From an uncultured Gammaproteobacteria bacterium (GTDB lineage: Bacteria > Pseudomonadota > Gammaproteobacteria > Steroidobacterales > Steroidobacteraceae): DNA of 64,000 nt. Positions within the stretch are counted from its first letter, which is position 1. Each line of letters opens with the position of its first letter. The stretch is taken from contig CAWDFR010000010.1 of the NCBI GenBank assembly GCA_963801685.1, forward strand, positions 104,375-168,374. The letters run 5' to 3'. The notes under the pieces are model-generated. The model was given only the letters and a program-made list of their open reading frames with translations, searched no databases and was not told where the DNA came from. This document shows, in pieces, positions 10,633 through 19,882 of the stretch. A program made the position numbers and the translations under genes.

Positions 10633-12309
10633 ATGACATCCAAACGAGCGTTGAGACTGACGGCGACGGGCATCGCGGTGATCGCCGTTCTGCTCCTCGG
10701 TCTGTACGCCCTCATCATGTGGGAAGGCTCGAGCGCCCGCGAAGATGCGCCGGCGCTTGAAGCGAACCTCGCGCAATGGCTGCTGCATTACACGGTACCG
10801 GCCGATGTGCGTGCGATGAGAAATCCGCTCGATGTCGGCTCGGGAAGCGCAGACGCCGCGGCGGGGCATGCGGTATACACCCAGAAGTGCGAGATCTGCC
10901 ATGCCTACGACGGCGGCGGCAAGACCGAAATCGGAAGCGGCCAGTATCCGCGTCCACCGGACCTGCGCAGCGCCGCCGTCCAGCGCATGAGCGATGGTGA
11001 GTTGTTCTACCATTTGAAGAACGGGATTCGACACACCGGCATGCCGGCGTGGACGTTGCCGGATCGAAAGCTTTGGCAGTTGACCGGTTATCTACGACAT
11101 TTGCCGCACACCGCGCCGCTCTCCTCGCAGATCGCCGCCGAACAGCTACCGCCGCCGGGCGGGACGCATTACGTCGGATCGGCCGCCTGCAAGGACTGTC
11201 ACACTGAAATTTACGATCGCTGGCAGAAGACCCGCATGGCGAATGTGGTCCGAGACCCCAAGTCACACCCGGAGGCCATCATTCCGGATCTGTCCAAGTC
11301 CGATCCGCTGGTGACCTTCACTAAAGACGACATCGCGCTTGTCTACGGCAGCAAATGGAAACAGCGCTACTTTAAACAAGTAGGCGATGATTATTTCGTG
11401 TTACCGGCCCAGTGGGACGTGACCCACAAGCTCTGGCGCCCATACTTTGTGAAGAACGGCACTGACTGGTGGGCGCCCCTTTATCCCCCTGACAACTTGC
11501 AGCGCCCCACTGGGCCGCTCTGCGATGGCTGCCACTCGGTGAACTATGACATAGACAGCAAGAAGGTCACGGAGTGGAACGTCGGTTGCGAACGCTGTCA
11601 TGGTCCCGGCAGCGATCACGTGGAGCATCCCCACAAACCGGACATCGTCAATCCGGCCAAGCTCAACTATGTGCAGGCCTCGGATACCTGCATTCAGTGC
11701 CACTCGCAGGGCCAACCGCTCACGAATCCCATCAAGGGCAAATACTACGATTGGCCCGTGGGCTTTCACATGGGCAAGCGGCTCGTGGATTTCTGGAAGC
11801 TCGAAGACCACAAATTAGGCGAGCTTTCCTTCACCCATTTCCCCGACGGCACTGCGCACAAAAATCGCATGCAGGGGAATGACTTCGTGCAGAGCTTGAT
11901 GTACACACGCGGCGTCGCATGCTTCAGCTGCCACGACGCTCATGGCACTGGCAACGACGCGATGTTGATCAAGCCGGTGAAAGAGATTTGCTCGACCTGC
12001 CATGGCCCCAACGCACAGAACGGTCCGCGCGCACCGACTCTCGAGGCGCACACCCATCATGCGGCGGGCAGCGCGGGTAGCGAATGCGTGGCGTGTCATA
12101 TGCCAAAGATTGAACAAACAATCGCGGACGTTAATGTACGTGCTCATACGTTTAGGTTCATTACGCCCGCGGAAAGCGATGCGCTGAAAATTCCGAATGC
12201 GTGCAACCTGTGTCACGCAGACAAGACAACGGCCTGGGCGGCCGACGTGTTGAAGGGCTGGCAGGACCGATCACCCTGGCGCATGGCGGGACAGACACCG
12301 GTGCCGTAA
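10633..12309 (+). CDS. Membrane-anchored nine-heme c-type cytochrome (class-I cytochrome c domain fused to an octaheme module)
   Basis: An N-terminal TM helix is present. There are nine CXXCH motifs: CEICH, CKDCH, CDGCH, CERCH, CIQCH, CFSCH, CSTCH, CVACH, CNLCH. The first domain ends in GMPAW, as in mono-heme cytochrome c. Confidence 0.85.
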   Translation: MTSKRALRLTATGIAVIAVLLLGLYALIMWEGSSAREDAPALEANLAQWLLHYTVPADVRAMRNPLDVGSGSADAAAGHAVYTQKCEICHAYDGGGKTEIGSGQYPRPPDLRSAAVQRMSDGELFYHLKNGIRHTGMPAWTLPDRKLWQLTGYLRHLPHTAPLSSQIAAEQLPPPGGTHYVGSAACKDCHTEIYDRWQKTRMANVVRDPKSHPEAIIPDLSKSDPLVTFTKDDIALVYGSKWKQRYFKQVGDDYFVLPAQWDVTHKLWRPYFVKNGTDWWAPLYPPDNLQRPTGPLCDGCHSVNYDIDSKKVTEWNVGCERCHGPGSDHVEHPHKPDIVNPAKLNYVQASDTCIQCHSQGQPLTNPIKGKYYDWPVGFHMGKRLVDFWKLEDHKLGELSFTHFPDGTAHKNRMQGNDFVQSLMYTRGVACFSCHDAHGTGNDAMLIKPVKEICSTCHGPNAQNGPRAPTLEAHTHHAAGSAGSECVACHMPKIEQTIADVNVRAHTFRFITPAESDALKIPNACNLCHADKTTAWAADVLKGWQDRSPWRMAGQTPVP

Positions 12310-12426
12310 ACGGCAAATCAGCGCGATCGGGTGTCAAATGGCGAGGCGGTAGGGCTATATTGTCTCCAAACCCTCGACTCCTCGGTGGATCGGCCAGAAA
12401 CAGTGCGACGTAACGGTAAGTATCCA

Positions 12427-13029
12427 ATGTCCCGACCCGGGGCGGAGCAGTTCAGCGCAGCCTATTTCCGCAAGTTCTATCTCTCGTCGGCCACGCGTGT
12501 GGTGTCGGCCGCCGAGATGCGCACGCGCGCGCGCTTGATCGCCGCAATCCTCGCGCAAGCGTCGATTCCGGTGCGCAACATACTCGACGCCGGCTGCGGG
12601 ATCGGACTCCTACGCAAGCCTTTCGCGGAAGTTTGGCCGCGCGTCCGCTACACGGGGCTCGATGCGAGCGAGTACCTGTGCGCGCGCTACGGCTGGACCT
12701 TGGGGTCCGTGGTCGATTACGCACCGCGCGCTCCGAGCGATCTCGTCGTCTGCTACGACGTCGTGCAGTATCTGGACGATCGCTCCGCCGGGCGGGCGAT
12801 TGCCAATCTCGGCCGGCTCACGCGCAGCGTGCTCTATTTTTCCGCTTTGACGCGCGAGGATTGGCGCGACAACTGCGATCGCCGGCTCACCGATCGCGCC
12901 GTCCATCTGCGGCCGGGCGAATGGTATCGACGGCGTCTGCGCCGCCAATTCCTTTACCTGGGATTCGGCGTGTGGCTGCGCAAGGGCGAGCGGCCCCTGC
13001 TCTGGGACTTGGAGCGCTGCAGCGGCTGA
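12427..13029 (+). CDS. Class I SAM-dependent methyltransferase
   Basis: The motif I sequence ILDAGCGIGLL is followed by YTGLDASE and LVVCYDVVQYLDD. The start was trimmed to the Met at 12427. Confidence 0.7.
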   Translation: MSRPGAEQFSAAYFRKFYLSSATRVVSAAEMRTRARLIAAILAQASIPVRNILDAGCGIGLLRKPFAEVWPRVRYTGLDASEYLCARYGWTLGSVVDYAPRAPSDLVVCYDVVQYLDDRSAGRAIANLGRLTRSVLYFSALTREDWRDNCDRRLTDRAVHLRPGEWYRRRLRRQFLYLGFGVWLRKGERPLLWDLERCSG

Positions 13030-13079
13030 GCCACCCTCGCTCGACCTCGCGACGCCGGCCGTTTCCGGCGCTGCCCGCC

Positions 13080-14507
13080 TCACAACGCGGCTTGCGTCCA
13101 GCCGACGAGCGCCGCGTGCACGCTATCACCGACGCCGCCCCCGACCTCTGCATCATTGACGAGAGACACCACGACATAGACCTTGCCGGACGCGCCCGTC
13201 ACGTAGCCGGCGATACCGCTCACCCCGTCGAGATGGCCTGTCTTGAGGCGTGCGGATCCGGGTTGCGCGCTATGCATGCGTGACCGCAACGTGCCGTCGA
13301 TACCGGCGAGGGGCAAGGAGGCGATGAATTCGGGTGCGTAGCGGCTGTGATAAGCGGCTCGCAGCACTGCCGCCAGCTGCAGCACCGAGATGCGCGTTGT
13401 GCGCGACAGTCCCGAGCCGTTGTCGATCTCCATGTCCGACAGCGCAAGCCCGCGCTCTTCGGACCAGGCCGAGATGGCGCGAGCTCCTTTCTCGAGGGTC
13501 GCCGGTGCGCCGAATCGCTCCGCGCCCAGCGTGAGGAGCAAATGCCGCGCCATCAAGTTGTTGCTGAACTTGTTGGTGAGCCGCACCACCTCCGCGAGCG
13601 TCAAGGAATCGAAGCTCAGGAACGCAGTCGCGGTGGGCGGTGTGGCCGCGACCCGCCATTTTCCCTCGAACGTGCCACCCGATTCACGCCACAGTTGCAC
13701 GAACGTGCCGAACGCGTAGCTCGGCGCGGACAAAAGCACCCGCGTGATACTGCGTTCGGCGCACTGCGGCGACAAGAAACCGCTGAACTCGACGCGGTCC
13801 CACTCGGCCGACGGAACCTCGAATGCCACGCGCGCGGCCGCGCCGCTGCACGGGCCCGCCATGAAAGCGACGCGGTTGTCGATCGCGAGATTGACGGGTG
13901 CCGGAGTCGCGGCGATGTCCACGCGGCGCGCGCCGGGGTTCGGCACCAGGCGGAACATGACGGATTGAAAATTCACCATGATTGCCGAGGGCTCGGCGTT
14001 GTACGCCTGATGCGGCCGGCCGTCGAACGCCGCGGGATCCTCGGGAGGCAGCGCGAAAGCGGTATCGTCGATGACGATGTCGCCGTGCAGGGCGCGGAGT
14101 CCTTTGGCGCGCAGCTCCTGCACGAAGCTCCACCAGCGCTCGAGGGTCATGTAGGGGTCGCCGCCGCCCTTCAAAATGAGATCGCCTTCGAGCACGCCGT
14201 CCTCGAGCGCGCCCTGCAAGAGCGCCTGCGTGTGCCACGTGTAGGCCGGACCCAACGAATCGAGCGCGGCGAAGGTCGTCACCACTTTGATGGTGGAGGC
14301 GGGGCTGCGCGGCGTGCTCGGATTGAAACTGGCCGCGATCTGCCCGGACTCGACGTCGAGCACCACGAAGCTCACCGCGGGCGAAGCGATGTGCTCGTTT
14401 GCGATGGCCTGCGGCGACCGGCGTCGGCGGCGCAGCCGCAAGGCGGGCCCGACTCGAGTGCGAGCGATGAGGCAGCATGCGAGCACAGCGGCCGGCGTGC
14501 GTTTCAT
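13080..14507 (-). CDS. dacB: D-alanyl-D-alanine carboxypeptidase/endopeptidase, PBP4 family (peptidase S13)
   Basis: MKRTPAAVLACCL starts the protein. The SxxK (PASTIKVV), SxN (FSNNLMA) and KTG (LKTGHL) motifs are present. The ATG overlaps the upstream MATE stop in ATGA. Confidence 0.9.
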   Translation of the reverse strand: MKRTPAAVLACCLIARTRVGPALRLRRRRRSPQAIANEHIASPAVSFVVLDVESGQIAASFNPSTPRSPASTIKVVTTFAALDSLGPAYTWHTQALLQGALEDGVLEGDLILKGGGDPYMTLERWWSFVQELRAKGLRALHGDIVIDDTAFALPPEDPAAFDGRPHQAYNAEPSAIMVNFQSVMFRLVPNPGARRVDIAATPAPVNLAIDNRVAFMAGPCSGAAARVAFEVPSAEWDRVEFSGFLSPQCAERSITRVLLSAPSYAFGTFVQLWRESGGTFEGKWRVAATPPTATAFLSFDSLTLAEVVRLTNKFSNNLMARHLLLTLGAERFGAPATLEKGARAISAWSEERGLALSDMEIDNGSGLSRTTRISVLQLAAVLRAAYHSRYAPEFIASLPLAGIDGTLRSRMHSAQPGSARLKTGHLDGVSGIAGYVTGASGKVYVVVSLVNDAEVGGGVGDSVHAALVGWTQAAL

Positions 14508-15926
14508 CGGATCACCACGCGGCGCCATGCGCCCGAGTGCCAGCGCAGGAACAGCATGCGTTCCCAGGCAGCAGATGTAAATCAATGCGGCGAGCCAGCC
14601 GCCGACCGCGCCCAGCCCGTATTGCGGCAGCCAGTCGACCCATCCGGCCCCCGGCTTGAACGAGAGTGCATGAGCGAGCGGCACGAACAGCGACCACGAC
14701 AGGCCGAGCACCATGAGCGAGGGCAAGCGTACATCGCCCGCGCCCCGCAGACACGCGCCGCTCGAGATGTTGAGTCCATCGAAGAGCTGGTAGCCCGCGG
14801 CGATCCACAGCAGCACGGCGCTTTGCGCCACGACTTGCGCGCCTTGCACATCCGACATTTGGGTGAACCACGGGAGAAACCAAGGCCCGATCGCGGCGAG
14901 ACCAACGCCGACGATCCCCATGTAGAGAACGGACGAGGAGGATGATGCCGTTGCCCGCGGTGCGCGCCCAGTCGGGAGCTTTGGCGCCGATCGACTGTCC
15001 CACGAGGGTCGTTCCTGCCATGGCGACTCCGACCGCGGGCATGTAGCAAAAGGAAGTGAGCATGAGCACGATCTGGGATCGACGCGCCGTCCACGTTGCC
15101 GAGCCGCACCTGCATGAGCTGGAACAGCGCGAAACCGAGAATGTCGGCGGCCCCCAGAAGTCCCATGGAGAATCCCAGAGACGTCTGGCGCAGCAGCGGC
15201 AGCGGCGCGAATCGGCTGGTGAGGTGCGAGCGGTAGCGGCGGCGGTTTGCCGGCGAGAAGAACCAGGCGAAACCCATCGCGAGCCCGCAAAGCTGCGCGG
15301 CGCCGGTGGCCCACGCCGAGCCGGCGACGCCGAGGCCGAATCCGAATATGAACAGCTGGTTGAGGAATGCGTTCGCGATCGCCACCACGAGCGTGACGCG
15401 CAGCGTGATGGTCGGGCGGCCGATGCCGTTGAAGAATCCCAGGACGGCGTAGAGCGCGATGCCGAGCGGCGCTCCGAGCATTCGCGGAAACCAGTACGCC
15501 AGGGCGAGATCGAGCGTGGCAGGGGGCAACCCGAACGGCGAGAACAGGGCTCGGCCGCTCACCGCGAGAACGGCGAAAAGCGGCAGCGTGAGCAGCGCGC
15601 CCCACAAGGCCGGTCCAGGTCGCCTGCGAGGCGCGTGCGTAGCGCCGCGCTCCGTAGGCGTGGGCCACCAGCGTTTGCACGGACAGGGCGATGCCACCGA
15701 ATAGCAGTATGAAAACCAGGACCGGCCAGTAAACTGCGCCCATGGCCGAGGTCGCCGCGGGCGACAGGCGGCCGACGAACCAGGTGTCGGTTGCGTTCAG
15801 CACGGCTTGCACGGCACTGTTCAGCATGAACGGAAACGCGAGCCTGATCACCGCAAGGTAATCGAGCCGGGGCCGTCCGCTCGCGCTCGCGCGCTGACCG
15901 GGCAGAAGGGTACGGGGCGCATCCAA
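14504..15926 (-). CDS. MATE-family efflux transporter, frame broken about four times
   Basis: Hydrophobic MATE sequence (AFPFMLNSAVQAVLNATDTWFVGRL..., GAPLGIALYAVLGFFNGIGRP, CYMPAVGVAMAGTTLVGQSIGA, AAGYQLFDGLNISSGACLRGAGD) is spread over three phases. Changes lie near 15610, 15075, 14945 and 14540. The start is TTG. Confidence 0.8.
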
Positions 15927-16038
15927 GACGCTATCCTCGTGGGCGAAGGGGCGAGGTTACCGGCTTCGATGACAGAGATGAACATGCGATGGCAGAAATG
16001 AACACGAGGACCGAGCGCACGCTGGACGGGAGCATTCC

Positions 16039-16499
16039 GTGCCACACATCTGGCTGCGGACAGCCTGGCAATTGACGACGGGCGCCGCGGGCTCGGCCGA
16101 GATCTACTTGTCCGGAGTCGACCGCGATGCATTCGCCGCGCTCGACGGCGCGACGCCGAGCGCAGTCACGCGTGGCCTGGTCCGCCGCCGGCGCCACCGT
16201 CACGCTGATCTCGCCGCGGCGCAAGCACGCAATTCAGATCGCGCACGGCGACGGTCCACGAGCCGCGCCCGCAGCTCTACCAGGGATTGCCGCTCGTCGT
16301 GCTGGACGATGCGGCGCGACGGTTCTGGCGGCGCGTGTTTTCGATCGCGCCGCATCCCCGGCGGCCGGCGCTTGCTGCGCTGGATCGCGCAGCGCACGCG
16401 GCGGCGGCTAGTCGGCCCGGGCAGGACCTGCATCACGGGCGCGCGACGGTTATTGTCAATAACCGGGGTCGCCGCGTCGTACGAATTTGCATTAAGTAA
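16039..16499 (+). CDS. Possible frameshifted hypothetical ORF in an otherwise empty 670-bp gap
   Basis: Three ORF pieces in frames 1, 2 and 0 follow the same +1 pattern seen in neighbouring broken genes. I recognised no family. Confidence 0.2.
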
Positions 16500-16597
16500 G
16501 GGACGAAGTGCGACGCCGATCAAGGCCCGCGGGGCCCATTTGCCCCAAATTCACCCTTAATTTCCTTGGTTAGTCCATACCCTGAAAGGGACGCTCT

Positions 16598-18966
16598 GTG
16601 CTGGACGCAAAATCTATTGCCATCGTCTCCGAAAGGACCGCCGCCTCGTTCGATCATTACGGTCGATTGTTCCGCATGCTCATGCCGAGCCTGAAGGGGA
16701 TGGTGCTGCACGACGGCTTCGGCGAGACTCTGTGGGCGTCGGATGAGTGGGATCTCGACGAGAAGGCCGATCTCGTCAAGGACGCGATCGCCAACGCCAT
16801 CACCGATCCGGCGGAGTTCCCGGGCGTCGTGCGCATCGACGCCGACCGGGCGCTCTATTCGTTCGCGGTGCGCTCGGAGCAAGTGGAGCTGCTCGGCGTC
16901 GTCACGCTGCAGACACGCCTGTCGGGCGCGCGCACCGAGGCGCGCCCGCTCCCCTACGTGCGCCAGATCCTGCAGCCGGCGCTGGAGTGTCTGCGGCGCG
17001 AGCTCAGCTTGCGCGCGCAGCTCGGCTCGCGCGAGCGCGACCTCGGCGTTCGCGAGCGCGACCTGTCGCTGATGCTCGAGATGTCATCGAACCAGACCGC
17101 GACCGGCGATGCCGACGAGTTCGACCTCATCTTGAAGACCGCTCTCGAGCACATGGGCTGCGCGCTCGCCGCGCTCTGGGTGCCCGACAAGAACATCGGC
17201 ATGTCCATGACCCGCAGCGGGCACCCGATGTCGGAGGAATCGCTGCAGCGCGCGAAGCAGCACCTCATGGCCTGGATCCAGCTGCAGCAGCGTACGATCA
17301 TCGTCAATCACATCTCGAAAGTGGCGAGCGGACGTCGCCGCGCCTTTCAAGATTCTCGCATGCCCGGTGCGCCACCCCTCGGAGCGCGTGATGGGCGTGC
17401 TGGCGCTGTTCAATCCCGCGAGCGCGCATGACTTCGATTCGTATCAGACGCGGGTCGCCGAGCTTCTGGCGAAGAAGGTCACCGTCATCATCCAGGCGCA
17501 GTACGACGCGAGCACGGGGCTGATGACCCGCCACGCGTTCGAGCGCCAGGCCGCCTCGTTGCTCGGCTCGGCCGCCGAACCGGGGCAGCACTGCATTTTG
17601 TACCTCGACATCGACCGGCTGCACGTCATCAACGAGACCTTCGGCATGCACGTCGGCGACGACGTGATCGCGAGCGTGGCCGAGTGCGTGGCCCGCGTGC
17701 GTTGCGCCGCCGGCCCTGTCGGCGCGCATCTCCGGCGACCGGCTCGCCGCGCTCATCCCGAACGCGGGCATCGCCGCGGCCACCGCCATCGCGGAGAGCA
17801 TCCGCGCCGCGGCGGCGGCCATCGTGCCGCGCGCCGGTCAGGGCTCGTTCGAGGTGTCGGCGTGCATCGGAGTCGCGCCCGTGGGGCGCTCCGAGAACGC
17901 GCTCGCCCATGCGCTCGCGACCGCGGAGATCGCGTGCAAGGCCGCCAAGGACCGCGGCCGCAACCGGGTCGAGGTCTTCCAGGACTCCGATCAGAGCATC
18001 ATCCGGCGCCACACCGACATCCTGATCGTCGGCAAGCTGCGCGATGCGCTGGCCCACGACAGCTTCCGGCTCGATGCCCAGCCCATCCTGCCGCTGCGCG
18101 GCAACTACGGACGGCCGCGCTTCGAGCTGTTGATCCGCATGCTCGGCGAGCGCGGCGAGGTGATTCCTCCCGGCAAATTCCTCTCCGCGGCGGAGCGATA
18201 CCAGCTCATGCCGACCGTCGACCGCTGGGTCGTGAGTCGCGCTTGCGAGCTGCTGAGCGCCCACGCCGCCGCGGTGGGCGAGGATATCGCGCGCTTCGCG
18301 ATCAACCTGTCCGGGCAGTCGCTGCAGGACGAGACGTTCCTGCCGTTCGTCGCGGATACGATCAAGAATTCCGGTCTTTCGCCGAACGTGCTGTGCTTCG
18401 AGCTGACCGAGACCGCGACGGTGGGCAACCTCGAGCGGGCGCAAAGCTTCTTGCGGGCGCTGCAGGATCTGGGTTGTCAGTTCGCGCTCGACGATTTCGG
18501 CACCGGGGTGAGCTCGCTCGCGTACCTCAAGGACTTGTCGGTCAACTACCTGAAGATCGACGGCAGCTTCGTGCGCGACTCGATCACCAACACGCGCAGC
18601 GAGTCGATGATCAAGGCCATCGCGCAGCTCGCCAAGGTGATGTGCATCGAGACCGTGGCCGAGTACGTCGAGACGGACGCGTTGCGCGCGCGCATGGCCG
18701 ACCTCGGGGTCGACTACGGGCAGGGATTCGCCATGGGCAAGCACCAGCCGCTCGAGCAACTGCTCGAAGAGCTGGCGGTATTCGAGGCGACCGTGAACGA
18801 TTGGGACGGCGCCGCGCCGCGCGACGCCGCCCGATCGAACCCCGATTCCCGTGCTGCTCCCCTGAAGTCCGGCCGGCGCGCGCGACGTTGTCGTCTCGGT
18901 CCTACACGCACTCGTACCGAATGGCCATTGGTAAGCCGCGTCGAAGGTGGCCGAATACGCCACTAG
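16598..18966 (+). CDS. GAF-like sensor / degenerate GGDEF / EAL protein, frame broken twice
   Basis: The GGDEF-domain blocks are [36 protein letters not shown] and [12 protein letters not shown] (SGDRL in place of GGDEF). The EAL-domain blocks are [43 protein letters not shown] and GQGFAMG. The +1 changes are near 17330 and 17711. The 3' end is uncertain. Confidence 0.8.
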
Positions 18967-18998
18967 GAGCCTATCTTGACCAGGCAAACGAGGCATCC

Positions 18999-19205
18999 AT
19001 GTTGATTCTCACTCGACGCGCGGGAGAGGCATTGCGGATCGGCGATGAGATCGAAGTGACCGTGATGGCGGTGAACGGCTCGCAGGTTCGCATCGGTATC
19101 AACGCTCCGCGGGACATCGCGGTGGACCGCGAGGAGATCGCCGAGCGCAAGCGCCGCGATCGCGAGGCGCCGCGGCCCGGGCGAAGCCCGCGGGGCCGAA
19201 AGTGA
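18999..19205 (+). CDS. csrA: Carbon storage regulator CsrA
   Basis: [47 protein letters not shown], followed by a basic tail. The ATG is 33 nt after the end of the GGDEF-EAL frame. Confidence 0.95.
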   Translation: MLILTRRAGEALRIGDEIEVTVMAVNGSQVRIGINAPRDIAVDREEIAERKRRDREAPRPGRSPRGRK

Positions 19206-19372
19206 CGCTATCGCCGAAGATCGTCCGCCGCGAAGGCGTCGATACGCCGGAGCGGTAGCTGCACGCCGCTTCGCCTCGAGGGTTTGCAAGGTCCGGGGTT
19301 CCCGCTAGACTTGAGATCATTCGAACGCGCGAGTCGACTCGATCGTCGCAACGCGCGACGCCCAAGGACACG

Positions 19373-19882
19373 ATGACGGCAACGGCTCTCGAGGCACCCG
19401 AGCTGGCGGTTCACTGCTGGTTCAATACCGATCGTCCCCTCAACCTGGCCGGGCTGCGGGGCCGCGTGGTGGCGCTGGTCGCCTTCCAGGCCCTCTGTCC
19501 GCAATCGGTCGCGGTCGCCATCCCGCAGGCGAGGCGCATCCACGAGACGTTCGAGCCCAATGACGTCGCGGTGATCGGCTTGCACGCCACGTTCGAGCAT
19601 CACGAGGCATACAGCCACGCGACGCTCAAGGCCTTCATCCAGGAGTACCGCCTCAAGTTTCCCATTGCGCTCGACAGCGCCAATGCGGCCGGCCCCATTC
19701 CGCAGACCATGGACCGCTACAACATGCGCGGCACGCCGAGCCTGGTGCTGATCGACCGGCAGGGGCTGATCCGCAAGCACGCCTTCGGACCCGCGGAGGA
19801 TCTGCGCATCGGTGCGGAGATCGGCGCTCTCGCCGCCGAGAGTCCGGCGGTGGTGCGAGCGGCGCAGAGCTCGGCCGCTTGA
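19373..19882 (+). CDS. Thioredoxin-fold redoxin (TlpA/AhpC-TSA-like) with a CxxS active site
   Basis: It reads LRGRVVALVAFQALCPQS...FPIALD...YNMRGTPSLVLIDRQG. There is a single Cys where CxxC is usual. Confidence 0.7.
   Translation: MTATALEAPELAVHCWFNTDRPLNLAGLRGRVVALVAFQALCPQSVAVAIPQARRIHETFEPNDVAVIGLHATFEHHEAYSHATLKAFIQEYRLKFPIALDSANAAGPIPQTMDRYNMRGTPSLVLIDRQGLIRKHAFGPAEDLRIGAEIGALAAESPAVVRAAQSSAA

Noticed and set aside
13080-15926. The 948-aa tracked ORF looks like a MATE transporter fused to a PBP4 carboxypeptidase.
   Set aside because: The MATE C-terminus (…SGAWRRVVIR) ends in an adjacent phase with a TGA overlapping the dacB ATG (ATGA at 14504-14507). The apparent fusion comes from a frame break near 14540.
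17367-19205. The 612-aa tracked ORF joins the GGDEF region to CsrA.
   Set aside because: Only its first about 115 and last 68 codons make sense. The middle is an Arg-rich off-frame reading of the EAL domain. CsrA has its own ATG and RBS at 18999.
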